A stretch of DNA of 64,000 bases, from the NCBI RefSeq assembly GCF_964213995.1, contig NC_135810.1, positions 81,034,001 through 81,098,000 of the forward strand. The letters run 5' to 3'. Origin of the DNA: Mustelus asterias (taxonomy: Eukaryota). Below, piece after piece: positions 25,852 to 38,322 of this stretch (the first letter of the stretch is position 1; each line of letters begins with the position of its first letter). The translations under genes were made by a program, and so were the position numbers. The notes under the pieces are model-generated. The model saw only the letters and a list, made by a program, of their open reading frames with translations, did no database searches and was not told where the DNA came from.

Positions 25852-26103
25852 AAATAGTCTCCCAAGAGTTGCAGTACATAATTCAATGCCTTCACATTGA
25901 ACTGACTGATGTGCTGGATCTCAGCGGAGAGTTCAAGAATGTTTGTGGAGCTGCCATTTTCTCCAGGAAACACAGAGGCGGTGAGGAACCCTTTCAGATG
26001 TTTGTACACAGCGGAATCCACGGCTCTTCCAGCCAGGTGCTGCACGCCTTGGAAAAAGGTGGTGCAGAATCTCCATATGGGTCTGACGCTCTGCTGGTGA
26101 TTT
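25852..26103 (-). CDS. Candidate exon or pseudogene fragment, unidentified protein
   Basis: 252-nt open frame (NHQQSVRPIWRFCTTFFQGVQHLAGRAVDSAVYKHLKGFLTASVFPGENGSSTNILELSAEIQHISQFNVKALNYVLQLLGDY) with C/G-rich third positions, bounded by AG and GTAAAG; weak polypyrimidine tract. Confidence 0.3.
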
Positions 26104-27254
26104 CTGTTTCATGGCAGAATCATCAGTCTGGATAGTCAGGGCTGACACATCTTGTGTTTCCACTCAGCTTCATCAGGTTTGACTTCTACATCTGTATCTT
26201 TTGATTTCCTTCTGTCCTGTGCCTCACCATGTGTCAATTCTTCATCTGCACAATCTGTAACTCCTCAAACAAATGTTTCTGGGCTGCACAGTGCATGGCT
26301 AATTACTACGATCGTTGAGTTGGTGCCAACGTTACCAGATGTACTGGGAACTGCAATTTCTTGGCCATTGTTGCCCTTTTATTCTCCTTCTTGGCTTGAC
26401 GCCTCCAAAATTAAAAAAAAGAGAGCTTTGTTCTGTGTGATTAGCATATTACCAGAACCAGCGACATAGTGGACTTCTACTAAGGAAGCTGATGACAGGT
26501 GAAAAAATTTACATATCCATAGCAACATTGGCCTGGGTTTGAGGGTCAGAGGGAATTTCCATAAAGGAATATGGAAACTGTTCTGAGGTCAGAAACCCCA
26601 GAGGAGCGGATATTGTTCTGTGTTTTTAAACTGCAAGGTTCCTGCAATTTTTATCTAATTGTGATTGACAGCATCAAGTTCTGACAGGCAGGGAACCTTG
26701 CACAGAGGCCTGCGACCAATGAAAATAGGGGGCTGAGGGATGGGGGGGGTGGGAATGGCAGGAAAATGGGGTTGTTGCTTCTGATCACAGGGGTGGGGCG
26801 TCCCTATCACAATGAAGGATGATCGGGGTCACAATAGAATGGATCACAGGGGGGTCTCAATCAGAGTGGGAGTTGCAGTCCAGATCAAGTGGAGAGGTGA
26901 GTCCAGATCACAAATCCTGATTCCCAAATTGGTGTTGGGGGTTTGGTGATCTCGATTGTGCTTGGGGAATGCCAGTTGCAGCGAGCAGTGCCAGTTGTGG
27001 GCAGATGTGAGACTCACTGCTAGCCAGTGGGTTTGATACTTGTCATGGCTTCCGATGCTGCCTGAAGGGGGTCAAGTGGTGGAGCAGGGAACAGATAGAA
27101 CACGGGAAATTGGGTGATTTACTCGGTAGTTTCCTGGGCCGCAAGGAAACACTCCTGCTCTTCCTGGCCTAGAGCTAGTACAGTACATGCAGTCACCTCA
27201 AAGGCTTCTTGTCTCCTCTTCAATTGACGTGAGTTAAATGTCGATTGACTGTTA

Positions 27255-27365
27255 AAGAAGGAGCGACACTCCGAAAGCTTGTGCTACCAAATAAACCTGT
27301 TGGAGTTTAATCTGGTGTTGTGAGACTCCTTACTGCGCTTACCCCAGTCCAGCATCTCCACACCA
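27255..27365 (+). mobile_element. Penelope terminal fragment
   Basis: CTCCGAAAGCTTGTGCTACCAAATAAACCTGTTGG...CCCCAGTCC. Confidence 0.7.
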
Positions 27366-27690
27366 CAAAATGAAGGAGGGCAGCTTTAATTTAATATTTT
27401 AATGACCCACCCACTGCCAAAAAGCTGATTGTCGACAGCCCCTTGATTCCCCCCAGTAAACTGCAAATGGATGGGTTCCCTGATGAACAAAGCTGGGTGG
27501 GAATGTAAACTGTGAGGTGGGTTCAAAGAAGCTGCAAAGCGATATGGGCAGGTTAAGTGAGAAACAAGATGGCGGATGGAATATAATGTGGGGAAGTGTG
27601 AGGTTAGTCACTTTGGTAGTCAGAATAGAAAAGCAGAATTGTTTTCAAAAGGTATGAAACTTGTAAATGTTGATGTATTTTGGGTGCACT

Positions 27691-28707
27691 CATAGAACAT
27701 AGAACATAGAAAGCCACAGCACAAACAGGCCCTTCGGCCCACAAGTTGCGCCGATCACATCCCCACCTCTAGGCCTATCTATAGCCCTCAATCCCATTAA
27801 ATCCCATGTACTCATCCAGAAGTCTCTTAAAAGACCCCAACGAGTTTGCCTCCACCACCACCGACATCAGCCGATTCCACTCACCCACCACCCTCTGAGT
27901 GAAAAACTTACCCCTGACATCTCCTCTGTACCTACCCCCCAGCACCTTAAACCTGTGTCCTCTCGTAGCAACCATTTCAGCCCTTGGAAATAGCCTCTGA
28001 GAGTCTACCCTATCCAGACCTCTCAACATCTTGTAAACCTCTATCAGGTCACCTCTCATCCTTCGTCTCTCCAGGGAGAAGAGACCAAGCTCCCTCAACC
28101 TATCCTCATAAGGCATGCCCCCCAATCCAGGCAACATCCTTGTAAATCTCCTCTGCACCCTTTCAATGGCTTCAACATCTTTCCTGTAATGAGGTGACCA
28201 GAACTGCGCGCAGTACTCCAAGTGGGGTCTAACCAGGGTCCTATAAAGCTGCAGCATTATCTCCCGACTCCTAAACTCAATCCCTCGATTAATGAAGGCC
28301 AGTACGCCGTACGCCTTCTTGACCGCATCCTCCACCTGCGAGGCCGATTTAAGAGTCCTATGGACCCGGACCCCAAGGTCCTTCTGATCCTCTACACTGC
28401 TAAGAATGGTACCCTTCATATTATACTGCTGCTTCATCCCATTGGATCTGCCAAAATGGATCACCACACACTTATCCGGGTTGAAGTCCATCTGCCACTT
28501 CTCCGCCCAGTCTTGCATTCTATCTATGTCTCGCTGCAACTTCTGACATCCCTCCAAACTATCCACAACACCACCTACCTTGGTGTCGTCAGCAAACTTA
28601 CCAACCCATCCCTCCACTTCCTCATCCAGGTCATTTATGAAAATGACAAACAGCAAGGGTCCCAGAACAGATCCCTGGGGCACTCCACTGGTCACTGACC
28701 TCCATGC
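27691..28707 (-). mobile_element. Young 5'-truncated CR1/HER1 LINE with uninterrupted RT C-terminal ORF, nested in an older + strand CR1 (27440-27690, 28715-28845)
   Basis: ORF 27775-28734: SGVPQGSVLGPLLF, KFADDTK, RPHLEYCAQFW, no stops; (CTATGTT)n tail at 27691-27711. Confidence 0.93.
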
Positions 28708-29377
28708 AGAGAAAGTATCACAGGGAGTTAACATGCAGGTACAGCAAGCAATTCGGAAGGTTGACCTTTGTTACAAGGAGATCGGAATACAAGAACAAGG
28801 GGATCTTGCTACACTTGTCCAGGGCTTTGGTGAGACCACACCTGTGCACAGACTTTGTTACCATCGGCACAGTGGTTCACACTGCTGCCTCTCAGTGCCA
28901 GGGACCCAGGTTTTTTTGTCCTCCTCTTTTGCTTTTCTTTCTTTAGCTTTACTTAAGGAAGATAAGTCAGGCCCAGTGTATCTGGCCCTGCCATGGTCTT
29001 ATCAGTGTCACTAACCCTTTCTGTCCTAAACATCAGCTGATTCATATGTGTTTATCTTGGGGCTTGATCTGTACCTCAGCCTACAGATGTGAACCTTACA
29101 GGTGCTGATTTTAAAAGAAGGTTGAAGGTAGCAGCTCTGGTAATGGATCATGCTGCTCACACATAAACCAGCATGCTAGATTACTTTGCACCATTACAGT
29201 CCTGAAACTCATAGGAATTGTATGTGACAGGTCCTAAGGGAAGTTGAGACTTCTGTCATGGGATGCTTAGACTCATCAGGATGTATAGGTTTTTTTATTC
29301 TTTCATGGAAGGTGAGCATCGCTGGCAAGGCCAGAATTTGTTGTTCATCCCTATTTGGCCTTGAGAAGATGATAATG

Positions 29378-31558
29378 TGATAACGTGGGATGAGAGTACG
29401 TGGGATGAGAGCACGGAGGGTGCTCTGAAGGTCTGGATCAAAGATCTTTATCAGAGTGTTGAGTTGACGGGTTGTGTTCTTTGGTCGGATCTGCAGGTAA
29501 CTGTCTGTAGTGTTCCTTGTTGTTTAGTTGTTGGTACACTTCTTTGCAGTAATCCGTCCTGTTCAGTATGACGATGGCCCCTCCTTTGTCTGCTGGTTTG
29601 ATGACAATGTTGCGGTTGGTCTTGAGAGCGCGGATGGCATGGCGTTGTGCTTGGGTGATGTTCAGGGCTGTCTTGTGAGTGCGGCTGATGAATTTGGTGT
29701 TGACGCACCTCCTGATGGCTTGGGCATACATGTCAAGTCGAGGGCAGCGGCCTGCCGGAGGAGTCCAATTCGACTCTTTCCTCTTCGGATGCACTGCGGT
29801 TCTCTCTGTCGGCTGTTCCAGTTCATTGGCTGTCTCATTGTGTTCGCTGTTGGCCTCTTGGGGTTTGTGGAAGAACTCCCGCAGCCTCATTCACCTGATG
29901 AATTCCTCTGTGTCTGCTGCGAGACTGATGGGGTCTATTTTGGTGGTGGGGCAAAACTTAAGCCCTGAGCTGAGAACTTCGATTTCATCTGGTTGAAGTG
30001 TGTAGTCGGACAAGTTGGCAATGGACTTCCCTGCAGTGGTACTGGGGACCAAACTCGCACCTCAATATGCCAACATCTTCATGCACAGGTTCGAACAAGA
30101 CTTCTTCACCGCACAGGACCTTCAACCGATGATACATCAATGACATTTTCTTCCTTTGGACTCATGGTGAACAATCACTGAAACAACTATATGATGACAT
30201 CAACAAGTTCCATCCCACCATCAGACTCACCATGGACTACTCTCCGGAATCGGTTGCATTCTTGGACACATGCATCTCCATTAAGGACGGTCACCTCAGC
30301 ACCTCACTATACCGCAAGCCCATGGATAACCTCACGATGCTCCACTTCTCCAGCTTCCACCCTAAACACGTTAAAGAAGCCATTCCCTACGGACAAGCCC
30401 TCCGAATACACAGGATCTGCTCGGATGAGGAGGATCGCAACAGACACCTCCAGACGCTGAAAGATGCCCTCATAAGAACAGGATATGGCGCTCGACTCAT
30501 TGATCGACAGTTCCGACGTGCCACAGCGAAAAACCACACTGACCTCCTCAGAAGACAAACATGGGACACAGTGGACAGAGTACTCTTCGTCGTCCAGTAC
30601 TTCCCCAGAGCGGAGAAGCTACGGCATCTCCTCTGGAGCCTTCAACATGTCATTGATGAAGACAAACATCTCGCCAAGGCCATCCCCACACCCCCACTTC
30701 TTGCCTTCAAACAACCGCACAACCTCAAACAGACCATTGTCCGCAGCAAACTACCCAGCCTTCAGGAGAACAGTGACCACGACACCACACAAACCCTGCC
30801 ACAGCAACCTCTGCAAGACATGCCGGATCATCGACACGGATGCCATCATCTCACATGAGAACATCATCCACCAGGTACATGGTACATACTCTTGCAACTC
30901 GGCCAACGTTGTCTACCTGATACGCTGCAGGAAAGGATGTCCCGAGGCATGGTACATTGGGGAAACCATGCAGACGCTGTGACAACGGATGAATGAACAC
31001 CGCTCGACAATCACCAGGCAAGACTGTTCTCTTCCTGTTGGGGAGCACTTCAGCGGTCACGGGCATTCGGCCTCTGATATTCGGGTAAGCGTTCTCCAAG
31101 GCGGCCTTCACGACACGCGATGGCGCAGAGTCACTGAGCAGAAACTGATAGCCAAGTTCTGCACACATGAGGATGGCCTCAACAGGGATCTTGGGTTCAT
31201 GTCACACTATCTGTAATCCCCACAGCTTGCCTGGACCTGCAGAGTCTCACTGGCTGTCCTGTCTGGAGACAATACACATCTCTTTAACCTGTCTTAATGC
31301 TCTCTCCACTCACATTGTTTGTACCTTAAAGACTTGATTAGCTGTAAGTATTCGCATTCCAACCATTATTCTGTAAATTGAGCTTGTGTCTTTATATGCC
31401 CTGTTTGTGAACAGAATTCCCACTCACCTGAAGAAGGGGCTTAAGGCTCCGAAAGCTTGTAGTTTTTGCTACCAAATAAACCTGTTGGACTTTAACCTGG
31501 TGTTGTTAAACTTCTTACTGTGTTTACCCCAGTCCAACACCGGCACCTCCGCATCATG
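29378..31558 (+). mobile_element. Penelope-like retroelement with inverted 5' segment (29378-~30020 on -, RT-GIY-YIG on +)
   Basis: Minus: KPADKGGAIVILN; plus: APQYANIFM, FLDTCI, LYRKP, IPYGQALRIHRICS, VVYLIRC...WYIGET; the 3' terminus is shared with many short copies. Confidence 0.92.
31424..31462 (+). ncRNA. Minimal hammerhead ribozyme-like motif of the Penelope element
   Basis: CAC-CTGAAGA-A-GGGGC(TTAAG)GCTCC-GAAA-GCTT-GT. Confidence 0.55.
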
Positions 31559-31689
31559 ACTTTTCCTTTGTCCAGGTCCCTCATTCCCCACATTCCGCCA
31601 CTTAACCCTCCCCCTCAATCACACATGATATTTTTCCCCCTTTCAAGATTTACCAATCACAGAAATGTACTCGTAAAATAATAACATCC

Positions 31690-32690
31690 ATCAATGGTAA
31701 CACCCACGCACCCCGGACATGCTCTCTTCCATGTTCTTCCGTTGGGCAAAAGATACAAAAGTCTGATATCACATAACAACTGATTCAACAACAGTTTCTT
31801 CCCTGCTGCCATCAGACTTTTGAATGGACCTACCTAATATTAAGATCTCGGGCTGAAATTTCCCATTTCCCTACATCCCCTACAGCTCCTACTCTACCCC
31901 ACCAGAACCCCTTTGTTTTCATTTCATTTCATTTTTAACTGTTCTCTACTTTTTATTCTTTTATTGTCTTTCTTTATTTTTCTCTGCCCACCCCCACTCT
32001 TTCCCCCATTTTATCCCCCTTTCCTTACCTTTTCTCCCCCTTTCTTTCCCCTTTCCCCCTTTTTCTCAATTTTACCTCTCTCCCACCCATCTCCCCCCAC
32101 ATCTTCATCCGTCACAGCTTACCTCTGATTTCAGCTTCTCTGCCATTTGGCCATTCACACCTTCTATTCTCTCTATGGACTGCCATTAGCAGCCTTTCCC
32201 CTGGTTTCTGTAGCTATGACTCATCTTTCATTCCTTCAGCCTACAGTACAAACATCTCCCACTTTCTATGCCTTTTAGCATTGACAAAGGGTCATCTGGA
32301 TTCGAAACATCAGTTCTTTTTTCTCCTCACAGACGCTGCCTGTTCTGCTGAGATTTTCCAGCATTTTCTCTTTTGGCTACCTAATATTAAATTGGGGCAT
32401 GATTTTCTGTCCGCTTTCACCTCAAAACTGGAATATCCGGGCTGAGGTCAATGGACCTTTCCATGGTCAGCCCCCCACCCGCTACGATTCTCGCGGCAAT
32501 ATTCCCATATCGCCGCGGTGATATGTGAAATTTCAGCCCTAGATCTTTCTCTAAACCCTAGCTATGACTGTAACACTATATCCTGCACTCTATCCTTTCC
32601 TTCTCCCCATGTACTCTATGAATGGTATGTTTTGTCCGTATAGCGCACAAAAAACAATACTTCTCACTATATACCAATACATGTCCAAAG
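31690..32690 (+). mobile_element. Rex1-like LINE 3' end, interrupted by other repeats including a MITE at ~32394-32540
   Basis: LPLGKRYKSL...NNSFFPAAIRLLN motif, tail resumes ~32540; homologous to 43680-43930. Confidence 0.55.
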
Positions 32691-32862
32691 ATGTGCGGGT
32701 TAGGTTGATTGGCCAGGTTAAAAATTGCCCCTTAGAGTCCTGAGATGCGTAGGTTAGAGGGATTAGTGGGTAAATATGTGGGGGTAGGGCCTGGGTGGGA
32801 TTGTGGTCGGTGCGGACTCGATGGGCCGAATGGCCTCCTTCCGCATTGTAGGGTTTCTATGA
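32686..32862 (+). mobile_element. HE1-type SINE, 3' part
   Basis: CCAAAGATGTGCGGGTTAGG...GGGTTTCTATG. Confidence 0.8.
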
Positions 32863-32883
32863 TGTGACAATAATAAATTGTGA

Positions 32884-33008
32884 CTCACCTGATGAAGGAG
32901 CAGTGCTCCAAAAGCTCGTGATACCAAATAAACCTGTTGGACTTTAACCTGGTGTTGTGAGACTTCTTACTGTGTCTACCCCAGTCCAACGCCGGCGTCT
33001 CCACATCA
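32884..33008 (+). mobile_element. Penelope terminal fragment with hammerhead-like motif
   Basis: TCAC-CTGATGA-A-GGAGC(AGT)GCTCC-AAAA-GCTC-GTGA followed by the conserved PLE terminus. Confidence 0.8.
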
Positions 33009-33430
33009 CTGATATTAAGAGCAGTAGCAATATAACACAGTGTTGTTTGTATGCACCCTATAGGTGATCTCACCAGGACTATTAAACAAACCATGGATAA
33101 ATTATTATACTTTGCAATAATGTGAATTGAACAGGAAAAAAAACATATTAGTTATTTATAACACTGGACAGACGACAACACTGATTTTGATGATTGCCTC
33201 AGTCCTCATTAAGATATTCTACACACTGCATCATATGAATGCAGTGACAGTAGCATGGGGGAAAGATTCAATACTTACAACCCAGATAAACTGCAGAAGA
33301 TCGTTTCCATTCTGTAGAAGAATTAGAAGACTTTCTCCTGCCTGGGTGCATGTTATTATTCAATATAACTATTTCATTCAAGAGGTGTAATTGGATTCAA
33401 TTTTATCAGTAATCTCACAAGGTAGAAAGA

Positions 33431-33539
33431 TCAAATGACTGCTGAGCAGCTGTGTGGACTGGTTGAACAATATACTTCTTCACTGTTTGTGGGTAACAGA
33501 GGAGTCCTTAGGCGTCTCTGTGAGACATCTTTCCGACGC
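33431..33539 (-). CDS. Candidate terminal coding exon (RRKDVSQRRLRTPLLPTNSEEVYCSTSPHSCSAVI*)
   Basis: Pyrimidine-rich acceptor TCTTTGTTCTCAG then an open frame to TGA; no homology recognised. Confidence 0.25.
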
Positions 33540-33957
33540 CTGAGAACAAAGACTGAACAGTTAACTATTGTACCTGTGCTTTCTGGATCAGCAATTCTGA
33601 AGCCTGCTGATTGCTGCCTCTCGCTGCCATATTTTTTCAATGTCTGCCATGCCATACAGCTTTATCGCGATACAGCAATATTCATTCCACAAAAAGCTCA
33701 CAAAAGTACCAAGATAGAGGGGATAGGGGGTAAGTGGACAAAGAACAAAATTGAAGTCAATGGAAAAGATACTTGAGAATCAGATGCTCGGAGCCGGATG
33801 CCCAGCGCAAATCGCACTGATCCGGTCCGACTGAAATCTGCTGGATGGGAGAATCGCCCCCCAATATATCTGTGTCGATGGCACTCTGGGATACTCGGCA
33901 GATTTCATGAACCAGGGTTTCCCAGGAAACATTCTGAAGTTAGTTTTTCTGTGCCAT

Positions 33958-34222
33958 GGGGTGGCACGGTGGCACAGTGGTTAGCACTACTGCCTCACAG
34001 CACCAGGGACCCAGGTTCAATTCTGGCCTTTGGTGACTGTCTGTGTGGAGTTTGCACGTCCTCCCCGTGTCTGCCTAGGTTTCCTCTGTGCGCTCCGGTT
34101 TCCTCCCACACTCCAAAGATGTGCGGGTTAGGTTAATTGGCCATGTTCAATTGCCCCTCAATGTCAGGGAGATTAGCAAGGTTCATACCTGGGATTACGG
34201 GGATAGAGCCAGGGTGGGATTG
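33958..34222 (+). mobile_element. HE1-type SINE
   Basis: Head and core; 3' end truncated. Confidence 0.85.
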
Positions 34223-34460
34223 CTCTTTTTCACTGTCCTCATCACTACTCTCAACCTGTACTTTTCCCTTTACCTCTGCCAATTTAAACAGACGTTCACT
34301 TTTTGTTGCCAGTTTCCGAAGTTCAAATTCTCTCCCTTTCCCCTCTGCTAGGGCTATCCCTTCCCTTTCTTTTTCCCATATCTGTAATTCAACCCGTTTC
34401 ATTTCTTGTGGTTTTTGTTCCTCCCTTTCTCTGGCTTTCCCTGCAGCAATGGTCTCCCGT

Positions 34461-34798
34461 GGGTGGCACAGTAGCACAGTGGTTAGCACTGCTGCTTCAC
34501 AGCTCCAGGAACCTGGGTTCGATTCCTGGCTTGGGTCACTGTCTGTGTGGAGTTTGCACTTTCTCCTCGTGTCTGCGTGGGTTTCCTCCGGGTGCTCCGG
34601 TTTCCTCCCACAGTCCAAAAATGTGCGGGTTGGGTTGATTGGCCGTGCTAAAATTGCCCCTTAGTGTCCTGAGATGCGTAGGTTAGAGGGATTAGCGGAT
34701 AAATGTGTAGGGATATGGGGGTAGGGCCTGGGTGGGATTGTGGTTGGTGCAGACTCGATGGGCCAAATGGCCTCTTTCTGCACTGTAGGGTTTCTATT
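34461..34798 (+). mobile_element. HE1-type SINE
   Basis: Full-length copy inside the gag remnant. Confidence 0.9.
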
Positions 34799-35284
34799 AT
34801 TCTTCCGTTTATTTTGAATTCAAGCTGCTTTAATTCCTTTGCATGTTCCAACTGTTTCATTTGTAATTGAATTCTAGCCATTTCCAATGATCCTGACTGT
34901 GTTTCTGGCAATTTTAAATGCTGAGCTATCGCCACAATTATCTCCCCTTTCCTTACGGCGCCGGGTAATGTCAGCTGCAATGATTTTGCCAATTCCAAAA
35001 GCTTTGTTTTAGTCACCTTTTGTAAACCAACTTGCGTGACTTCTTCCACCCCCAGGAACATCTTAGCCTCTGAAAGAGCCATTATTCCACAAGGCACTCT
35101 CTGTTTAAACCTGAATACAGCATCTGAAAATAAAACACAAATATGGTCACCACTCACTGTCTTTAAATTCAATAATCCCAAATCAATCAAGAAATATAGA
35201 TTTTAATCCCACAAGAGAGCCCCCAATTATTATAATTCAGGTCAGAAACTCCAAAGTGTTTTCTGGAACCCGCCTGGATCATAT

Positions 35285-35622
35285 GGGTGGCACGGTAGCA
35301 CAGTGGTTAGCACTGCTGCTTCACAGCTCCAGGGACCTGGGTTCGATTCCCGGCTCGGGTCACTGTCTGTGTGGAGTTTGCACATTCTCCTCGTGTTGGC
35401 GTGGGTTTCCTCCAGGTGCTCCGGTTTCCTACCACAGTCTAAAGATGTGCAGGTTAGGTTGATTGGCCATGCTAAAATTGCCCCTTAGTGTCCTGGGGTG
35501 CGTAGATTCGAGGGATTAGTGGGTAAAATATGTAGGGATATGGGGGTAGGGCCTGGGTGGGATAGTGGTCGGTGCAGATTCGATGGGCCAAATGGCCTCT
35601 TTCTGTACTGTAGGGTTTCTAT
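35285..35622 (+). mobile_element. HE1-type SINE
   Basis: Full-length copy inside the LTR. Confidence 0.9.
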
Positions 35623-36730
35623 AAGCTTTGCACCTTGAATTTGGCTAGGATAAGCATGATATGTTTCACCTCAGGTATGATTCAAATGACCCACTCGGGA
35701 ACTTTTATCAACCAAAGTTTATTTAAGAATATAGTTAACATGTATGGTAAGAAAAATAGCTATATCGTTTATCAATTACAAACAAAAGCAAAACAACCAC
35801 AATAATGTTTAACCCTTAACAAATATATCTGAGATGTTCCAATCAAACAAAACTTCATTCAGACAAAAAAAAACCCTTTAAACAGGCTTAACACAGCAAA
35901 GGCTAATGCTCACGTGACACTGGAACTGAATCCTTTGGTTGGAGAATTGAAAATCTTGACTTCTCAGCCTTGTAACTGCTAATCGCCCTCAGAACAGTTT
36001 GAAATCAGGACAGCTTCCCAGAATACCGGGTCAAGTCACCAACAGCAGATGTTCTACTCTAGGAAGGCAAGAAGCCTTGCTTTCACTAACCAGCAAAATT
36101 TCCAAAACCTGGGAGAGGGACAGAGACACTGCTTTCAGTCTGAAGTCCACTCCTTTCTAAAACTCAAAACTGCTGCCAACCAAAAACAGAAAATGAAACC
36201 TTAAATTCACTAGGAAGAAAACAAAACTGTTCAGAACCCATGATCTTCCTCCTAACAATGTAGAGTTATAAAACAACCCAGAGTAAAAATAAACAATCCC
36301 CATTTGGGGCAATAAAAGGGCTTCTATAGACAATTTGGCCACACAGAGAGCCGAGAGCTGCAGAGAACATGATTTTTTTTTTTTTAAATCTCTTAAAGGT
36401 ACAGTAATGCCACAAGCCAATGGTGGGTGTCACCTGATAAGCCTACTATCTCTCTTCCAGATGAGATATTAAACAAAAACTCTGCTGGTGAATGTAAAAC
36501 ATCTCATGCCACAGTTGAAAGGAGGGCAGGGAAGTTTTCCACCAATATTTATCACTCAACCAATATTTCTAAAACAGATTACTACAGATTACAGTGTGTA
36601 AATCAATCTGGTGTTTATGACAGTCCCATTCCCTCAGCCCCAAAAACTATGTTTTTGTATATACTCAGTGTATAAGTTGACCTTTTTCAGCCACAATATG
36701 CTACACACCCTTGGTAGTCAACTTTTCACC

Positions 36731-37068
36731 GCATAGTGGCACAATGGTTAGCACTGTTGCTTCACAGTGCCAGAAACCCGGGTTCGATTCCAGACACAGG
36801 TCTGTGTGGAGTTTGCACGTTCTCCCTGTGTCTGGTGGGTTTTCCTCTGGGTGCTCCAGTTTCCTACCACAGTCTAAAGGTGTGCAGGTTAGGTGGATTG
36901 GCCAGGCTAAATTGCCTTTTAGTGTCCAAAGATAGGTTAAGTGGATTAGACATGGTAAATACATGGGTTTACGGGCATATGGCCTGGGTAAGATGCTCTT
37001 TTGGAGAGTTGGTGCAGACTTGCTGAGCCAAATGGTCTCCTTCTGCAATGTAGGTATTCTATTCTATG
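36731..37068 (+). mobile_element. HE1-type SINE
   Basis: Head, core and tail. Confidence 0.85.
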
Positions 37069-38196
37069 GATGTTTTACTTTCCGGTATCTTATAACTGGG
37101 CACAGGGGATCAACCAAGCAACGTGGGCTGCATTCTGAAGATGTCCAGGAATGTAACATATGTCCATATAAATCAAATCCCATGTGATGAATAGCAAAGC
37201 TGTTGGCTACCCACACCCATGCCAGCAGTTCACATTTATACTTGGCGTATAAACCGTGTCCAAGTTTGAAAGGATTTTTTGAGGCTTCATTGGTCGACCT
37301 TTGCAATGACAGCTCCATTATCTGGTCATTATCACATTGTTATTTGAGAGAGCTGTCTGTACGCATTCTCCACATTGCAACAGAGACTATTCAAAATTTA
37401 CTGATTTGGCTGTAGATTACTCTGAATCTTCCTGAGATCATAAAAGGCAATATATAAATACAATTCTTTCTTATCTTTCTGTTATTCAACTCTAAGCACC
37501 CTTCTGCACAACATTCATTGTATGATGTTCCAGAAGTTTAACTTGGGAGCAGTTCTGGCTTTAAGTTAGTTACAGAAGAGTTGTGTGCAAGCATCTGAAA
37601 TTGGGATGACCACATGGTGAATGCAGCTCTCTATTCCTGGTGAGTACCAGTTGTATATCCGAACTTGTGGTCTGATATTAAGAAGAGACCAGTTCCAGTT
37701 GGTTTTGAGGTGGATATATCTGAATTCTCGATGGTTTTTAAATTGATAAGCAATCTGGGTTGGTAATGATCGAGTGAAAACCAAGCTCACCAACTGATGT
37801 GTGAAATACAGTATTCAAATCTGGAACAAGACAGTATGATGGAGCACAAATTCACCCACATGTTCATCCCTCTGATTTATTGCACTTAGTAGTTGCAGTT
37901 ACAGTTTCAAGGATGCTGACAACCTTTCATTACATGAAGCTTTCAGCCTGCAGAGTATCTGTTGACAGTTTATTTAACGTGGGGGACACTGCCACTGATG
38001 CTGATCCTGTCCACACACAATCTCCGGCAGAAATCATTGGTAGAGATAATCAGAAAGGAGCAATTTTAACACCCCATCATCACACCAGGTGCGATTAGCT
38101 AGCTCCACAGAGATGTGAAGCCTTTCTGCTTTAGAACCATAGAATCCCTACAGTGCAAAAAGAGGCTATTTAGACCAACACGCCTGCACCCACAAA

Positions 38197-38299
38197 TTTT
38201 TTACACTGTTTATGACTTTTGGATCTGTAATTTTGCAATGTTTTATTGGAGAGTTTTTTTTTGTGTGAATAAAGTATATTTTTGAAATAAATAAAAAAA
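38197..38299 (+). mobile_element. Short LINE 3' tail (T-rich, AATAAA, poly-A), probably Tx1-type
   Basis: ...GTGAATAAAGTATATTTTTGAAATAAATAAAAAAA. Confidence 0.5.
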
Positions 38300-38322
38300 T
38301 ACCAGGTCCGCTTCTCGGCCTT

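Larger units (their letters stand above)
34223..36414 (-). mobile_element. Truncated Gypsy (Gmr1-like) element: LTR (~35229-36414), PBS TGGGGGCTC, gag N-terminus; interrupted by two HE1 SINEs
   Basis: Minus strand starts TGTGGCATTACTGTACCTTTAAG; TGGGGGCTC PBS at ~35217-35225; ORF MALSEAKMFLG...KTKLLELA...coiled-coil continues on both sides of the SINE at 34461. Confidence 0.7.

Noticed and set aside
38299-38308. ATACCAGGTC as antisense U2 stem-loop IV sequence
   Set aside because: It is better explained as the host HE1 SINE sequence (ACCCAGGCCCT-like) duplicated at the target site
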